The notes under the pieces are model-generated. The model was not told where the DNA came from. It worked only from the letters and a program-made list of their open reading frames with translations, and searched no databases. Source: Oligoflexia bacterium (GTDB taxonomy: Bacteria; Bdellovibrionota; UBA1018). From it: a stretch of DNA of 64,000 bases. The stretch lies in contig CAVWVI010000003.1 in NCBI GenBank assembly GCA_963758495.1, forward strand, positions 1,344,001 through 1,408,000. The letters run 5' to 3'. The position numbers and the translations under genes were made by a program. Below, in pieces: positions 38,338-47,984 of this stretch. Each line of letters opens with the position of its first letter. The stretch's first letter is position 1.

Positions 38338-40263
38338 ATGAGGTTTAAGGCTAGACAATTATCTCAAATAACATTCTTTTGCTTTCTAGTCTCTTGCATT
38401 ACCCCCATTTATCCGTGTTTTTCAGAAACCCCTTTAAATTTTGAACAGGAGCGAGCTTCTACTCTCAAAAAAATAAAAACGCTTCGCGAAAAAAGAGAAG
38501 GAATTGTGTGGAGAGCACAAATGCTTTCAAATAGAAACAAAGGTCAAGATGATCAAGTTCTCCAAGAAATCAAGATACTTAACAAATATTTACAAACTCT
38601 CCAAGCACTCAGTCAAAACCCAAACCAACCCTGTATTTTATCTCAATCTACATCCCCCTCACCTACTGTAAATGATGATTTATCTTCTATTGATAGAAAT
38701 TTTTTAATCGCATTAGAGAATATAGATCAGGTCTATAAATCAGAGATCAATCCTTCCGAGATATACAAACTCATTCATTATATTGAATCTAATAAAGAAA
38801 CCTGGTTCGCTAACGCTAAAAAGAAAGTGCTCCCTCTTCCATTTATTTTTCGTACTAAATCAGGAAAAACTACTTCGGTAGGTTTTTCGATAGATAGAAA
38901 AAATAGAATCTATTTAGAGTTTGAAGATAGCTTACTGGGAAAAGGTGCCACAAAGATCGCCCACCAAATCACGGCTTATGGAAGTTGGACCAATTTAGCG
39001 AGGATTAAACTCCGAGATACTAAAAAAGATGCCAGGTCCCAATTTGAAAATGAGCAAAGAATGTTAGGAATTATTTCCAATCTTCCCAGCACGGAACAAA
39101 TAGGGCTAGTAGAAACTTACCATTTAGGGAGCGAACAAATCATACAAACCATGTACCCTCAAGACTTAAAGGCAATCATGGAGGATCAAAAACAACTCAA
39201 AAAGCTGCCAACACAACAAAAACTAGAACTGATCCATCAACTCAGCTTAGGACTAAAGACATTGCACGAGTCTGGCATTAACCATGCCGATTTAAAGCCT
39301 GCAAATATCTTAATAGACTTAACAAAACAGAATCCCAAACTAGCTATTAACGACTTTGATCTAGCTTACCTACCTAAAGAACACATGAATGAAGACAGAC
39401 CTGCGGACGGTACTCCTTATATGATGGCTCCAGAAATACTCAAGGAGTTCATAAGTTCAGATCCCGACTTCACAAGTTCAGATTCCAATCAGAGCACATG
39501 GAAGAACACTTGGAGTGGAATCACGAATGAAGAAAGAATAGAAAATGCATTAAAAAGCGATACCTATGCTGCTGCAACCATCGCCTATCAAATGATGAAA
39601 CCAGGCAATACCAATTGGATCAAGGAATGCGTAGGCCCAGATGATAAGAGTAATCTTTATAAAGATTTTATAAAGTGTCAAAGTGTTGTTCTCAATCGCT
39701 TCATCAAAGAAGAATCTAAAAACCCGGTTTTAGACCCTTTTGACCACCTCATAGCGGCTGCTGTAAATCCAGATCCCCTACTCAGAATTACTTCAAAGGT
39801 GTTTGAAGAAGGGGTCGCCTATTTGCAATCCAGGTCTGAAATAAATCCGACGATGTCTTCCATTTCAGCGAAGTCTCCCATTTCGATGAGGTCTTCCACT
39901 TCGGCGAGACCTTCCACTTCGACAATGTCTTCCACTTCGACAAGGCGTCCCCCTTCACTGTCTTATTATGCTCAAATGACAGATTCCGATGCACAAGCAA
40001 GCATTAAAGGCCGAAATGCCGGTACTTATTTAGTTCACAGGGGTGAAGCTACTGAGAAGGATAGCCTAACTCTTACATTTATAGATCGGCAGGGGCTTCC
40101 TAGATCCAAACTATTAAAAATAAATCCAAATCAGCCCCTAGAATTGCAAAATGAAATTCAGTTTCTTACGGCCATAGGCACTCTCAAAACAACATTTGGA
40201 AATTACATCACACCCGCCCAAAATACCGGTAAGATAAAACTGGATCCTTTAAAAAATGAGTAA
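38338..40263 (+). CDS. Secreted eukaryote-like protein kinase, paralog 2, with Ser/Thr-rich linker and SH2-like C-terminal domain
   Basis: Signal peptide; LGKGATK, HADLKPANIL, DFD, GTPYMMAPE; tail YYAQMTDSDAQASIKGRNAGTYLVHR. Confidence 0.85.
   Translation: MRFKARQLSQITFFCFLVSCITPIYPCFSETPLNFEQERASTLKKIKTLREKREGIVWRAQMLSNRNKGQDDQVLQEIKILNKYLQTLQALSQNPNQPCILSQSTSPSPTVNDDLSSIDRNFLIALENIDQVYKSEINPSEIYKLIHYIESNKETWFANAKKKVLPLPFIFRTKSGKTTSVGFSIDRKNRIYLEFEDSLLGKGATKIAHQITAYGSWTNLARIKLRDTKKDARSQFENEQRMLGIISNLPSTEQIGLVETYHLGSEQIIQTMYPQDLKAIMEDQKQLKKLPTQQKLELIHQLSLGLKTLHESGINHADLKPANILIDLTKQNPKLAINDFDLAYLPKEHMNEDRPADGTPYMMAPEILKEFISSDPDFTSSDSNQSTWKNTWSGITNEERIENALKSDTYAAATIAYQMMKPGNTNWIKECVGPDDKSNLYKDFIKCQSVVLNRFIKEESKNPVLDPFDHLIAAAVNPDPLLRITSKVFEEGVAYLQSRSEINPTMSSISAKSPISMRSSTSARPSTSTMSSTSTRRPPSLSYYAQMTDSDAQASIKGRNAGTYLVHRGEATEKDSLTLTFIDRQGLPRSKLLKINPNQPLELQNEIQFLTAIGTLKTTFGNYITPAQNTGKIKLDPLKNE
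39850..39957 (+). repeat. Six degenerate 18-bp tandem repeats encoding a Ser/Thr-rich linker
   Basis: Units TMSSIS/AKSPIS/MRSSTS/ARPSTS/TMSSTS/TRRPPS. Confidence 0.85.
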
Positions 40264-40355
40264 GCATTCAAGTCACAACTCAAGCCAAGAAGGGCTTTTG
40301 TTGTGGCCTGTTTCCTGTGGCCTGAATACTTACAAAAATTATAAATAATAAAATT

Positions 40356-40914
40356 TCAACAATTTAAACTCTTGACGGTCAAAGACGGCGGAATATTTTT
40401 AATAGAAATGGCCGAACTCCCCATCTCTTCAAGCTCATTGGCAATGCCCACGCTCTTTTGGGCATTCAGAGTTACGAGATGCGCTCTCAGCTCTTTAAAC
40501 ATCTCATGTTTAATGCTGTATTCATTTTCCTGAAGCACCACTTGCTTCGCAATTTGCTGTTTCAAGTTAATGACAAGCGGAGCTTTCAAATTGGCAGTCA
40601 TTTTTGTAATATCTTCAGAAATGGTCAGGATTGAAAAGACTGCTGATTGATTCACATTTTCCAATTTGAGTTCTCGGAGCTCTGCCGCAGAAAGACGCAC
40701 TGCATAATCCGGTTTAAATAGCTTCGGCTCTAAAAGCGGAAATGCTATTTCTGGATTCTCCAAAGACTGGAGCCATAAAATAAAAATTTCATCGCCAGGA
40801 TCAACCAAACAAAATTTCTTATACTCCGGGAATCCTAAAATCCCCTGAGGAATCTGAATTGTTTCGTCGATCACCGACCTTGAGCTGTCCAAAACGTCCT
40901 GTTTTTATGATCAC
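40356..40914 (-). pseudogene. fliW: Flagellar assembly factor FliW with a 1-bp frame break near codon 15
   Basis: GTG 40914 gives MIIKTGRFGQLKVGD; one extra base near 40869 separates it from DETIQIPQGILGFPEY...WLQS...TANLKAPLVIN. Confidence 0.75.
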
Positions 40915-40947
40915 GCTCACCCTCTTGGTTTAGTTCTGGGTTTCAAC

Positions 40948-41172
40948 CTACCCCTTTAAAACCTTTGATACCTGGGCCATCGCTATGGGAGCCTTCACAG
41001 CTTCCTTATTTTGTTCCTGAATAGCTGCATAGACTTCCTCACGATGAATTTTTGTTTCTTTAGGGGCTTGGATTCCCAAGCGAACTTGTTTGCCTTTAAT
41101 TTGAACCACTACAACTTTGATGTGGTCATCAATAGCAATGCTTTCCCCCAGCTTTCGGGTCAATACTAACAT
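40948..41172 (-). CDS. csrA: Carbon storage regulator CsrA
   Basis: MLVLTRKLGESI.I, QVRLGIQAP, IHREEVY. Confidence 0.97.
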   Translation of the reverse strand: MLVLTRKLGESIAIDDHIKVVVVQIKGKQVRLGIQAPKETKIHREEVYAAIQEQNKEAVKAPIAMAQVSKVLKG

Positions 41173-41283
41173 AAGATCTCCATCTTTTCGTAAGGCGAGT
41201 ATTCCATTACCGGAAGAACGTTTAGACTAACGCCCTGCCACTTGCAACTTTTTTCTCTTCGCGTCACGGTTTTTCGCAAAAAT

Positions 41284-42240
41284 TTATTTTAAAAACTCCA
41301 ATAAAGTCGGTTGGATTAATCTTTTTGAGCTTGCCAAGGCGCTTCTAAATACCATCTCCTCCTTACTGAGATCGCTGACTACTTGAGCCATGTCAGCATC
41401 TTCAATGGACGAACTGAGCATTGCATTTGTAATATTATGCCGCTCGAGAGCTTGCTCGGTAGACTGAAGTCCCTGGAGGCGAGATCCCAATTTTGTGCGA
41501 GTAGCAACCAACTTTGAATGCATCTGATCAAAGCGATCTAATGTATTATGAATACTCTCCATGCTTCCCGTCAGGAGAGCGATTCTAAAATTTTGCAATT
41601 CATCAAAAATATTTACATTTTCTATAATATCTTCGTCACTCTCTCTTTGATTCAAATCACTGTAAAGCCCCTGCTCTTGCGACGATAGCTTAGGATGAGT
41701 ATTAAAGGCTTCAACTCCCGGGACATTAAGAGTTAAGAAAACATCATCCGCAATTTCAACCATCATTTGGTGATCGTCGCCTAGGTATTTCCCTTCCGGA
41801 CTCACAGGCGGTTTTTGCGTCTTATAGCCGCCAAAAAGATAACGCTCTCCCACTCTCCTATTTCCGACAGAAACGGCTTGCTTATATAGTTGACCTATCT
41901 CTTCTGAAACACCTAAACGGGTGCTCTCGCTTGAACTGGCTCCACTGGATTGGCTAATTGCTATCTCTTTAGCTCGCAGCACAATATCTACGAACTCCCC
42001 TAAAGCTTGATCCGTATTATTTAAAAAAGTCTCCGCTATCTTTGCATTATACTGATACTGGTCATTTTTTATTTTATCCGTTCTGAGCTCCAAAACTTTA
42101 GCTGCACCTACTGGATCATCCGAGGGTTGATTCAGTTTTTTCATAGTTGCTGATTGTTGTTGCAACTCTTCCATTCGACCTCGACTTCGATTGATATTGT
42201 CTCGAATCGAATCGTAATTTGAATGTTCAGTTACTCTCAT
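41284..42240 (-). CDS. flgL: Flagellar hook-associated protein 3
   Basis: PSDDPVGA, YLFGGYKT, EDADMA, PTLLEFLK. Confidence 0.92.
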   Translation of the reverse strand: MRVTEHSNYDSIRDNINRSRGRMEELQQQSATMKKLNQPSDDPVGAAKVLELRTDKIKNDQYQYNAKIAETFLNNTDQALGEFVDIVLRAKEIAISQSSGASSSESTRLGVSEEIGQLYKQAVSVGNRRVGERYLFGGYKTQKPPVSPEGKYLGDDHQMMVEIADDVFLTLNVPGVEAFNTHPKLSSQEQGLYSDLNQRESDEDIIENVNIFDELQNFRIALLTGSMESIHNTLDRFDQMHSKLVATRTKLGSRLQGLQSTEQALERHNITNAMLSSSIEDADMAQVVSDLSKEEMVFRSALASSKRLIQPTLLEFLK

Positions 42241-42250
42241 TTATTTTCCT

Positions 42251-43675
42251 TTAATCTCTTTTCAATGCCATGACCGTTTTCAGCATTTCATCAGCCATCT
42301 GAATTACTTTTGCTGAAGCATCAAAAATATGTTGATACTGTAATAAATTTGCCGTTTCCTCATCAATTGAGACACCCGATATTTGATCACGTACTTTATT
42401 AAGCTGGGTCATAATATCTTTTTGTTGATTTAAGACGAACCGATTTCTAGAACTTGAAACGCCTACGTCACTCACAATCGAGTTATACCACTCATCCATT
42501 GTAAAATTACCGTCGCCCATGCACTTTTCGTTCTGTAATTGAGAAATGGCAATCGCAATCCGATTATCACCTGGAGAGTCTGGAAGTACCGCCGTCGCCA
42601 TATTATTGACGCTCGATTCTATCTCGTCTGAGAGTGAAATAAATTCGGCGGCTCGCTCTTTGTCTGTTAACTGCTGAAAAAAATCAACCGACTGCGCTCC
42701 CTCTGGAGTGACGCCTTGAGAATGAATTTCATTCACTGCCTCTGTCAGAGAATATGCCATATCATCAAGCCGATTAGAAATGGTCGTCAGCGTATGATCC
42801 CGTGCTTCAAGTAATGCGCCTAACTTTCCACCCTGAATCTGATGAGTGATGGTTCCCCGCGCATTTCCAGAGCTTACGACATCAAACGCCCCTTCTTGTT
42901 TACCCTGGCCATCGGCGCCTGTCCGCTCTACTGAGAGGCTCTCAGCGGCTCCTGATGATACCAAAGGCCCAACGCCTTTAATATCAACATTAAAATTGCC
43001 GTGCTTATCTTTATGCATAGTCAAATCCAAATAAGAGGCAAGTTTCTTAAGAGCTAAGTCTCGTTTATCCAAAAGATCATTGGGTTGGCCGCCGGCAATT
43101 TCGCCTTCTCGAATTTTTTCATTGAGTACCGCTATTTCACCCGAAAGAGAATTCATCTCTCTCGTATAACCTTCTATTTTTGCGTCAATGTGCCGACGAA
43201 TCTCTTCTACTTCGCTGTGGAGTCGATGAAAATCATTTACCATGGACTTGGTAGCCTCTCGAACCGACTCACGACCGGCTGGGCTTTCAGGCTCTTGAGC
43301 TAGTTTTCTAAACTCATTGAAAAATCTCGAAACCAGACGATTTAAGCCATCCCCATTCATTTCATTAAAAGTATCTTCGACCTGCTTGAGAATAAGGTCT
43401 TTTTCTTCATGATGGGCAAGCTCACGTTGAGAGTTTCTAATTTGTTTTTCTATATATTCATCATTTACTCTCTCGACTCTAGCTACCTTGGTACCGAAAC
43501 CAACTGCGTTTTTTCCCCATCGCCCGAGCATAGGATCACAGTTTTCCGTAATCACCCGCTGCCGTGAATACCCCTCCGTATTGGCATTAGTAATATTATG
43601 CCCCGTGGTGGCAATAGCAGTCTTTGCTGCAGTTAAGCCGGAATGGCCAATAGTCATGATATTCGGAATTGCCAC
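42251..43675 (-). CDS. flgK: Flagellar hook-associated protein 1
   Basis: GHNITNANTEGYSRQ, NDLLDKRD, SGVSIDEE..NLLQYQ. Confidence 0.95.
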   Translation of the reverse strand: MAIPNIMTIGHSGLTAAKTAIATTGHNITNANTEGYSRQRVITENCDPMLGRWGKNAVGFGTKVARVERVNDEYIEKQIRNSQRELAHHEEKDLILKQVEDTFNEMNGDGLNRLVSRFFNEFRKLAQEPESPAGRESVREATKSMVNDFHRLHSEVEEIRRHIDAKIEGYTREMNSLSGEIAVLNEKIREGEIAGGQPNDLLDKRDLALKKLASYLDLTMHKDKHGNFNVDIKGVGPLVSSGAAESLSVERTGADGQGKQEGAFDVVSSGNARGTITHQIQGGKLGALLEARDHTLTTISNRLDDMAYSLTEAVNEIHSQGVTPEGAQSVDFFQQLTDKERAAEFISLSDEIESSVNNMATAVLPDSPGDNRIAIAISQLQNEKCMGDGNFTMDEWYNSIVSDVGVSSSRNRFVLNQQKDIMTQLNKVRDQISGVSIDEETANLLQYQHIFDASAKVIQMADEMLKTVMALKRD

Positions 43676-43682
43676 GGATCTC

Positions 43683-44195
43683 CTATGCCTCCTTGGAAAT
43701 CAGCCTAGATGCAGATGGCCCATTAGCCTTCTGCCCTCGCTGGGTATAAGTGTTTGATTTGGGAGTGGCTTCCTCCAAAATATTTTTTTTCATTTGATCA
43801 ACATGACAAAGAGATTGTTCAACCAAAGCAAGATTATCCCTATTTTGCGCTGATATCCTTTGAATGAGAATCGTCAAAGCATTGAATATACTTCTTAATT
43901 GAGCGGCACTTTTTACATCACTATTTTCAATTTCGATAATAATATAAGGCAAAGTGAGATCGCGACATGGCTTTTTCCACAAAAGTGCCAGCTCCATTGT
44001 TAATTTTAAACGCATTGATTCGGTTTGATGAATTTCCTCAATAAGCGTTTGCTTCGAGTTCGTCACCGCTTCAATAGCCTTAAGATCGGCTTGCACGAGG
44101 GATTCACGTTCGAGTCGCACCACGTCTAAAAGCTGGCGATGCAATCCCGTGAGTTTTTGTAAAACTTGGTAAATCTGACTTACACTATTTTCCAC
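43683..44195 (-). CDS. flgN: Flagellar export chaperone FlgN
   Basis: Helical 170-aa protein between flgM and flgK; N..L, TY...G tail; GGAGG RBS. Confidence 0.8.
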   Translation of the reverse strand: MENSVSQIYQVLQKLTGLHRQLLDVVRLERESLVQADLKAIEAVTNSKQTLIEEIHQTESMRLKLTMELALLWKKPCRDLTLPYIIIEIENSDVKSAAQLRSIFNALTILIQRISAQNRDNLALVEQSLCHVDQMKKNILEEATPKSNTYTQRGQKANGPSASRLISKEA

Positions 44196-44279
44196 GTCGC
44201 AATCCTCCTGATTGCTCCGGGCTATTTACCGCAATATCCGTAATTTCCTTCTTTAAATCCTTTTAAAGAGAAATTACTT

Positions 44280-44306
44280 CTATCGGCTGAACCGAGCCCT
44301 AACTGA
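44280..44306 (-). promoter_or_regulatory. Sigma28-like promoter upstream of flgN-flgK-flgL
   Basis: TCAG-N15-GCCGATAG. Confidence 0.65.
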
Positions 44307-44648
44307 TCAGCCAATACCTGACATTCTTAAATGATCATCTACTAATCGGTCTGCAATAGATTCGCCATCTATTTTATAAGTCCCATCAGCAATCTTTCGT
44401 TTAAGATCTGCTACACGATCTTCTCTCACATCGGGAGTTTCTGATGCTAATGCTTTAGCTTGTGCAAATTCTTTACTTTTAGATGAGATCTCTGTTTTAG
44501 CCCCTGAATAGATATCCCTATCAACACCTGCTGGAGATGCCTTCTCTGATTGTTTTGCTTCATGAGTAGCTGCTGCACGCCCACTGTGCTTGGCGCCGGA
44601 AGCTTCTCCGCTTGGAATTGGATTATTTCCCGGATGATTCACCTTCAT
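44307..44648 (-). CDS. flgM: Anti-sigma28 factor FlgM
   Basis: PDVREDRVADLKRKIADGTYKID..IADRL. Confidence 0.92.
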   Translation of the reverse strand: MKVNHPGNNPIPSGEASGAKHSGRAAATHEAKQSEKASPAGVDRDIYSGAKTEISSKSKEFAQAKALASETPDVREDRVADLKRKIADGTYKIDGESIADRLVDDHLRMSGIG

Positions 44649-45055
44649 GGCTTCTCCTTAGTTGGGACTCCATGCCCCTGAGATAAATTATATCCCTGAG
44701 TTCCTAGATAAGCAATCACCTGATCTGCCAAACCGATCCCTCCATGATGGGCTGCTTGTTCGGCATATTCAGAATCCATCATTCCCCTGTAGATTTCCGT
44801 AGCAGGGGATTCTAAATCCAACTCATTCTTAGGCACTGTTTGCCGCATCACTTTCAACATGTAATCAATAAACATCGTTTCGAGACCTTCTGCGGCCTTT
44901 AAAACTTCTGGAGCAACCTTGGATTTATCAATATTTGGAACTACTTTTGCCGGTGTAGTAGGTGCAGACTGAGCATCCCTACCCCAGTCAAGTCGATCTC
45001 TCAATGAAGGTGAGGGAGAAAAGGATGGCCCACCAAAACCGATGGATTTTGTCAT
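44645..45055 (-). CDS. flgJ: Rod-binding FlgJ (single domain, no muramidase)
   Basis: KAAEGLETMFI..MLK.MRQTV, YRGMMDSEYA, GIGLAD. Confidence 0.85.
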   Translation of the reverse strand: MTKSIGFGGPSFSPSPSLRDRLDWGRDAQSAPTTPAKVVPNIDKSKVAPEVLKAAEGLETMFIDYMLKVMRQTVPKNELDLESPATEIYRGMMDSEYAEQAAHHGGIGLADQVIAYLGTQGYNLSQGHGVPTKEKP

Positions 45056-45279
45056 CTTTCCCCCCTCTGTCGCAGTTTCAATCCTCGGTCGCCATTCTCA
45101 GCTTCCATGCTGATTTGGGCTGAATCAAGACGAATTAGACCTACCATCCTAGCGGGCCGTTGTTCCTGTCCTGTTTCCTGGATTGAGTCACAATTAAGTG
45201 ACTCTTTTTGTTTGCCTCTTGCATCTTCCCTAATGCTTGGGCGTCCGAGCTGCTTCCTACGACAATTTGATAAACTCAC
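45052..45279 (-). CDS. Small hypothetical ORF between flgI and flgJ
   Basis: 75 aa, ATGA overlaps with both neighbours; no recognisable family. Confidence 0.4.
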   Translation of the reverse strand: MSLSNCRRKQLGRPSIREDARGKQKESLNCDSIQETGQEQRPARMVGLIRLDSAQISMEAENGDRGLKLRQRGER

Positions 45280-46328
45280 ATCACCACCAGTTCGGCCTGA
45301 AGTGCACCGACTTCCTTAAGAGTCTGAAAAATCGCGGTGAGATCTTTTGATTGTACTCCTAGTGTATTCAATGCTTTCACTAAATCAGAAACACTTGTGC
45401 CTGATTTTATTTCTGCAACACGTTCAGGCTTTGCACCTTTGGGTGCACCTTTAATCTCTATTGCTAAATCTCCATGTGATATCGCAACGGGGGTAATTCC
45501 AATATGTTCCCCCATTACGACAGTACCTGTCCGTTCATTCAGAACAACTCGGGCTTTAGAATCCTCGTTAATATTTATATTCTCAAGTAGTGCAAGGAGT
45601 TCAACAGAATTACCTTCATAATTGAAAGGCACTACAACATCTACCGTTCCACTATCACGTGCCCTTGCATATTTTCCCCCAAGTTCGCCATTAATGACCG
45701 CTGCAACTCGGGCTGCAGTTGTAAAATCAGAATGATGTAATGCGAGTCTAAAATTCTTTTTACTTGCAAAATTGAAGTCAAAGTCTTTTTCAATCGTCGC
45801 ACCTGAAACTACTCTACCCATTGTAGGGAAATTTTTTGATGATCCATCAGCAACACTCCCAATACTCACAGGACCTTGCGCAACAGCATAGACGTTCTGA
45901 TCTCCGGCTCGAAGAGGAGTTACCAGCAACATCCCACCTTCCAAACTCGCTGCATCTCCAATAGAGCTAGCAGTCACATCTAGCTGATTTCCAACTCTAG
46001 CAAAGGGGGGAAGTTTTGCTGTCACAATGACTGCTGCAGCATTTTTAGATTTTACATTGGCATTACTCTGTATATCTAAACCTAATTTTGTAAATAAACG
46101 AGTAAGAGACTGACTCGTAATATCCGTACTGGAATCACCGGTTCCTTTTAAACCTACGACAATTCCATAACCAATCAAAATATTTTCTCGAACCCCTTTG
46201 ACCGTAGCTAAGTCCTTTAATCTCGCGGCTTCGCTCGTTTTTGGCAAAAAAACGGTAAATAAAACGACAGCGATAAAAATAATGACGATACTGATTTCTC
46301 TAATGTGCGACTTCGACACGATATTCAT
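45276..46328 (-). CDS. flgI: Flagellar P-ring protein
   Basis: ARLKDL, GVRENILIGYGIVVGLKGTGD, SSIGDAASLEGG, NERTGTVV, GALQAEL; start uncertain. Confidence 0.96.
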   Translation of the reverse strand: MNIVSKSHIREISIVIIFIAVVLFTVFLPKTSEAARLKDLATVKGVRENILIGYGIVVGLKGTGDSSTDITSQSLTRLFTKLGLDIQSNANVKSKNAAAVIVTAKLPPFARVGNQLDVTASSIGDAASLEGGMLLVTPLRAGDQNVYAVAQGPVSIGSVADGSSKNFPTMGRVVSGATIEKDFDFNFASKKNFRLALHHSDFTTAARVAAVINGELGGKYARARDSGTVDVVVPFNYEGNSVELLALLENININEDSKARVVLNERTGTVVMGEHIGITPVAISHGDLAIEIKGAPKGAKPERVAEIKSGTSVSDLVKALNTLGVQSKDLTAIFQTLKEVGALQAELVVM

Positions 46329-47235
46329 ATATTTTTCCTGAATTAATAGCACCCGTATCATCATTAATATCTGCTGGCCTCACTATACCCACAACACTAA
46401 TCGTTCTCGGCGGACCTTGTTTATATGCGATACGTTTAGTTGTTTTAATTTTGTAATTTCCATTTGAAAATCGCTCTAAAATTTCGCCCATCATCACGTC
46501 ACCTACTTTCAAAGAAATGGATGGATAAATATCAACTTCAGAAAAATTAACTTGAGTCATGGCCACTTTTCCCGTTTTTTCAACTATTCCTTTTTCAACT
46601 GTTCGAGGAGGAGTTGGCGCAGAACCTGGAGGAGTCAAAACAGGAGGCGCCCCTGTATCTGGAAGGGAAGGGGTCTTCTCTGGTGAGGCAGCTGAACTTA
46701 AAAGGTGATCTTTTGCACTACGTTGATCTCTGAGTAAAACGAGCTCTCTCGCTTTTTCTCTAGGAGAGAGCATGCGCTTTATTTCCGAACCAATATCGAG
46801 AAATAAATCATTTTCAATAGTTACACTAATCAGCTCTCCAGCAATACGAATTTTATTTTTAGTAAAATAATAATTTGTTTGTCCAGTAGAGGCCCACAAA
46901 GAGCCCTCTTCCTGAGATTGATCAATAAAATCATCTTTCGTAGCGCGCATGCCATTTTTATAAATTCTTTTTTTCTCAGGTTGCATCATGGAGTTCGTCG
47001 AACTAGAAATAGACGGTGTCTCGGGAATCATAGTTACTCCTGCGCGACTTCTTCCTGTTGAAGTTGGTTTTATTGAACCCATCTCTTCTTCATCAAAATT
47101 ATTTCTTTCGAGAGTGGAATTTTCATCGGAACCTTCTTGCTCTGGTTTCAGATTCTTAAATAGCTTTCCACACCCAGTTGAAATAAGAATCACCGTCGTT
47201 AAAACTAAGATCATACCTGAATAAAGCTCTCTCAA
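46300..47235 (-). CDS. flgH: Flagellar L-ring protein (divergent)
   Basis: Lipobox STGC; GSLW, GELISVTI, NGNYKI, GIVRPADI; between flgA and flgI. Confidence 0.8.
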   Translation of the reverse strand: MRELYSGMILVLTTVILISTGCGKLFKNLKPEQEGSDENSTLERNNFDEEEMGSIKPTSTGRSRAGVTMIPETPSISSSTNSMMQPEKKRIYKNGMRATKDDFIDQSQEEGSLWASTGQTNYYFTKNKIRIAGELISVTIENDLFLDIGSEIKRMLSPREKARELVLLRDQRSAKDHLLSSAASPEKTPSLPDTGAPPVLTPPGSAPTPPRTVEKGIVEKTGKVAMTQVNFSEVDIYPSISLKVGDVMMGEILERFSNGNYKIKTTKRIAYKQGPPRTISVVGIVRPADINDDTGAINSGKIYEYRVEVAH

Positions 47236-47984
47236 AGCCGCACCTCTACAATTCCACCACTACGTAATTGCCCGGAAAACTCTCGTTTATTTTTATTTGT
47301 CATGACTCTAATTTGACGTTTTAAATACCCCGGCTCCTCTGCAACACCCAAGGTACTCAACGTAAGTCCTCCAGAAACTAAATGGATACGAACAGAGTCT
47401 CCTCTTCGGATATCTGGAATACGCCTGGCCGCCGTACTCAGAAGAAATTGCCCTTCTAAGATCGTCTGATTTGCCTCTAAGCCATTCACATCCATATGAG
47501 CTGGCAGCATGAGTCCTCTATACTCATAGGCTTGGCCATTTGCGACATTAACTGGCTGAGTTATAAATTGATCAGAACTCAAAACTTCTCCAGGATGAAT
47601 TCTTCGCAACGAAATTTTGGCAGGCATCCATGCAGCAAAACTGATCCACACTTCACTATAATTCGTGGAATTTCCAGAATCTCTAGAAAATCCATCCAGT
47701 GTAAGTGAGAAATGTGCATTGCCTTTACCATCAGTATCTAAAAAAGTAACTGCATTGATCTCTTGATTTAGCCCTCTCTCCGCCCCTCTCAAAGGACCTA
47801 TTAAATCTACTTTTGCATTTCCGAAATTTTTAGAAATTTCCTTCTTTAAAATAAAATTCAAATCAGTCCTTAGGTCCATTCCAAATGACAAGTTTAAAAA
47901 TAACAAGTATTGAAAAAATAAAAAAGTGAAAGTTAAATTGATGGCTTGTCGCCAGTGGCTTGAAAGTTTCCCCTTATTTAACAT
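47232..47984 (-). CDS. flgA: Flagellar P-ring chaperone FlgA
   Basis: SAF-like R.I.PGEVL, IRRGDSV, G.AEEPG..IRV. Confidence 0.85.
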   Translation of the reverse strand: MLNKGKLSSHWRQAINLTFTFLFFQYLLFLNLSFGMDLRTDLNFILKKEISKNFGNAKVDLIGPLRGAERGLNQEINAVTFLDTDGKGNAHFSLTLDGFSRDSGNSTNYSEVWISFAAWMPAKISLRRIHPGEVLSSDQFITQPVNVANGQAYEYRGLMLPAHMDVNGLEANQTILEGQFLLSTAARRIPDIRRGDSVRIHLVSGGLTLSTLGVAEEPGYLKRQIRVMTNKNKREFSGQLRSGGIVEVRL

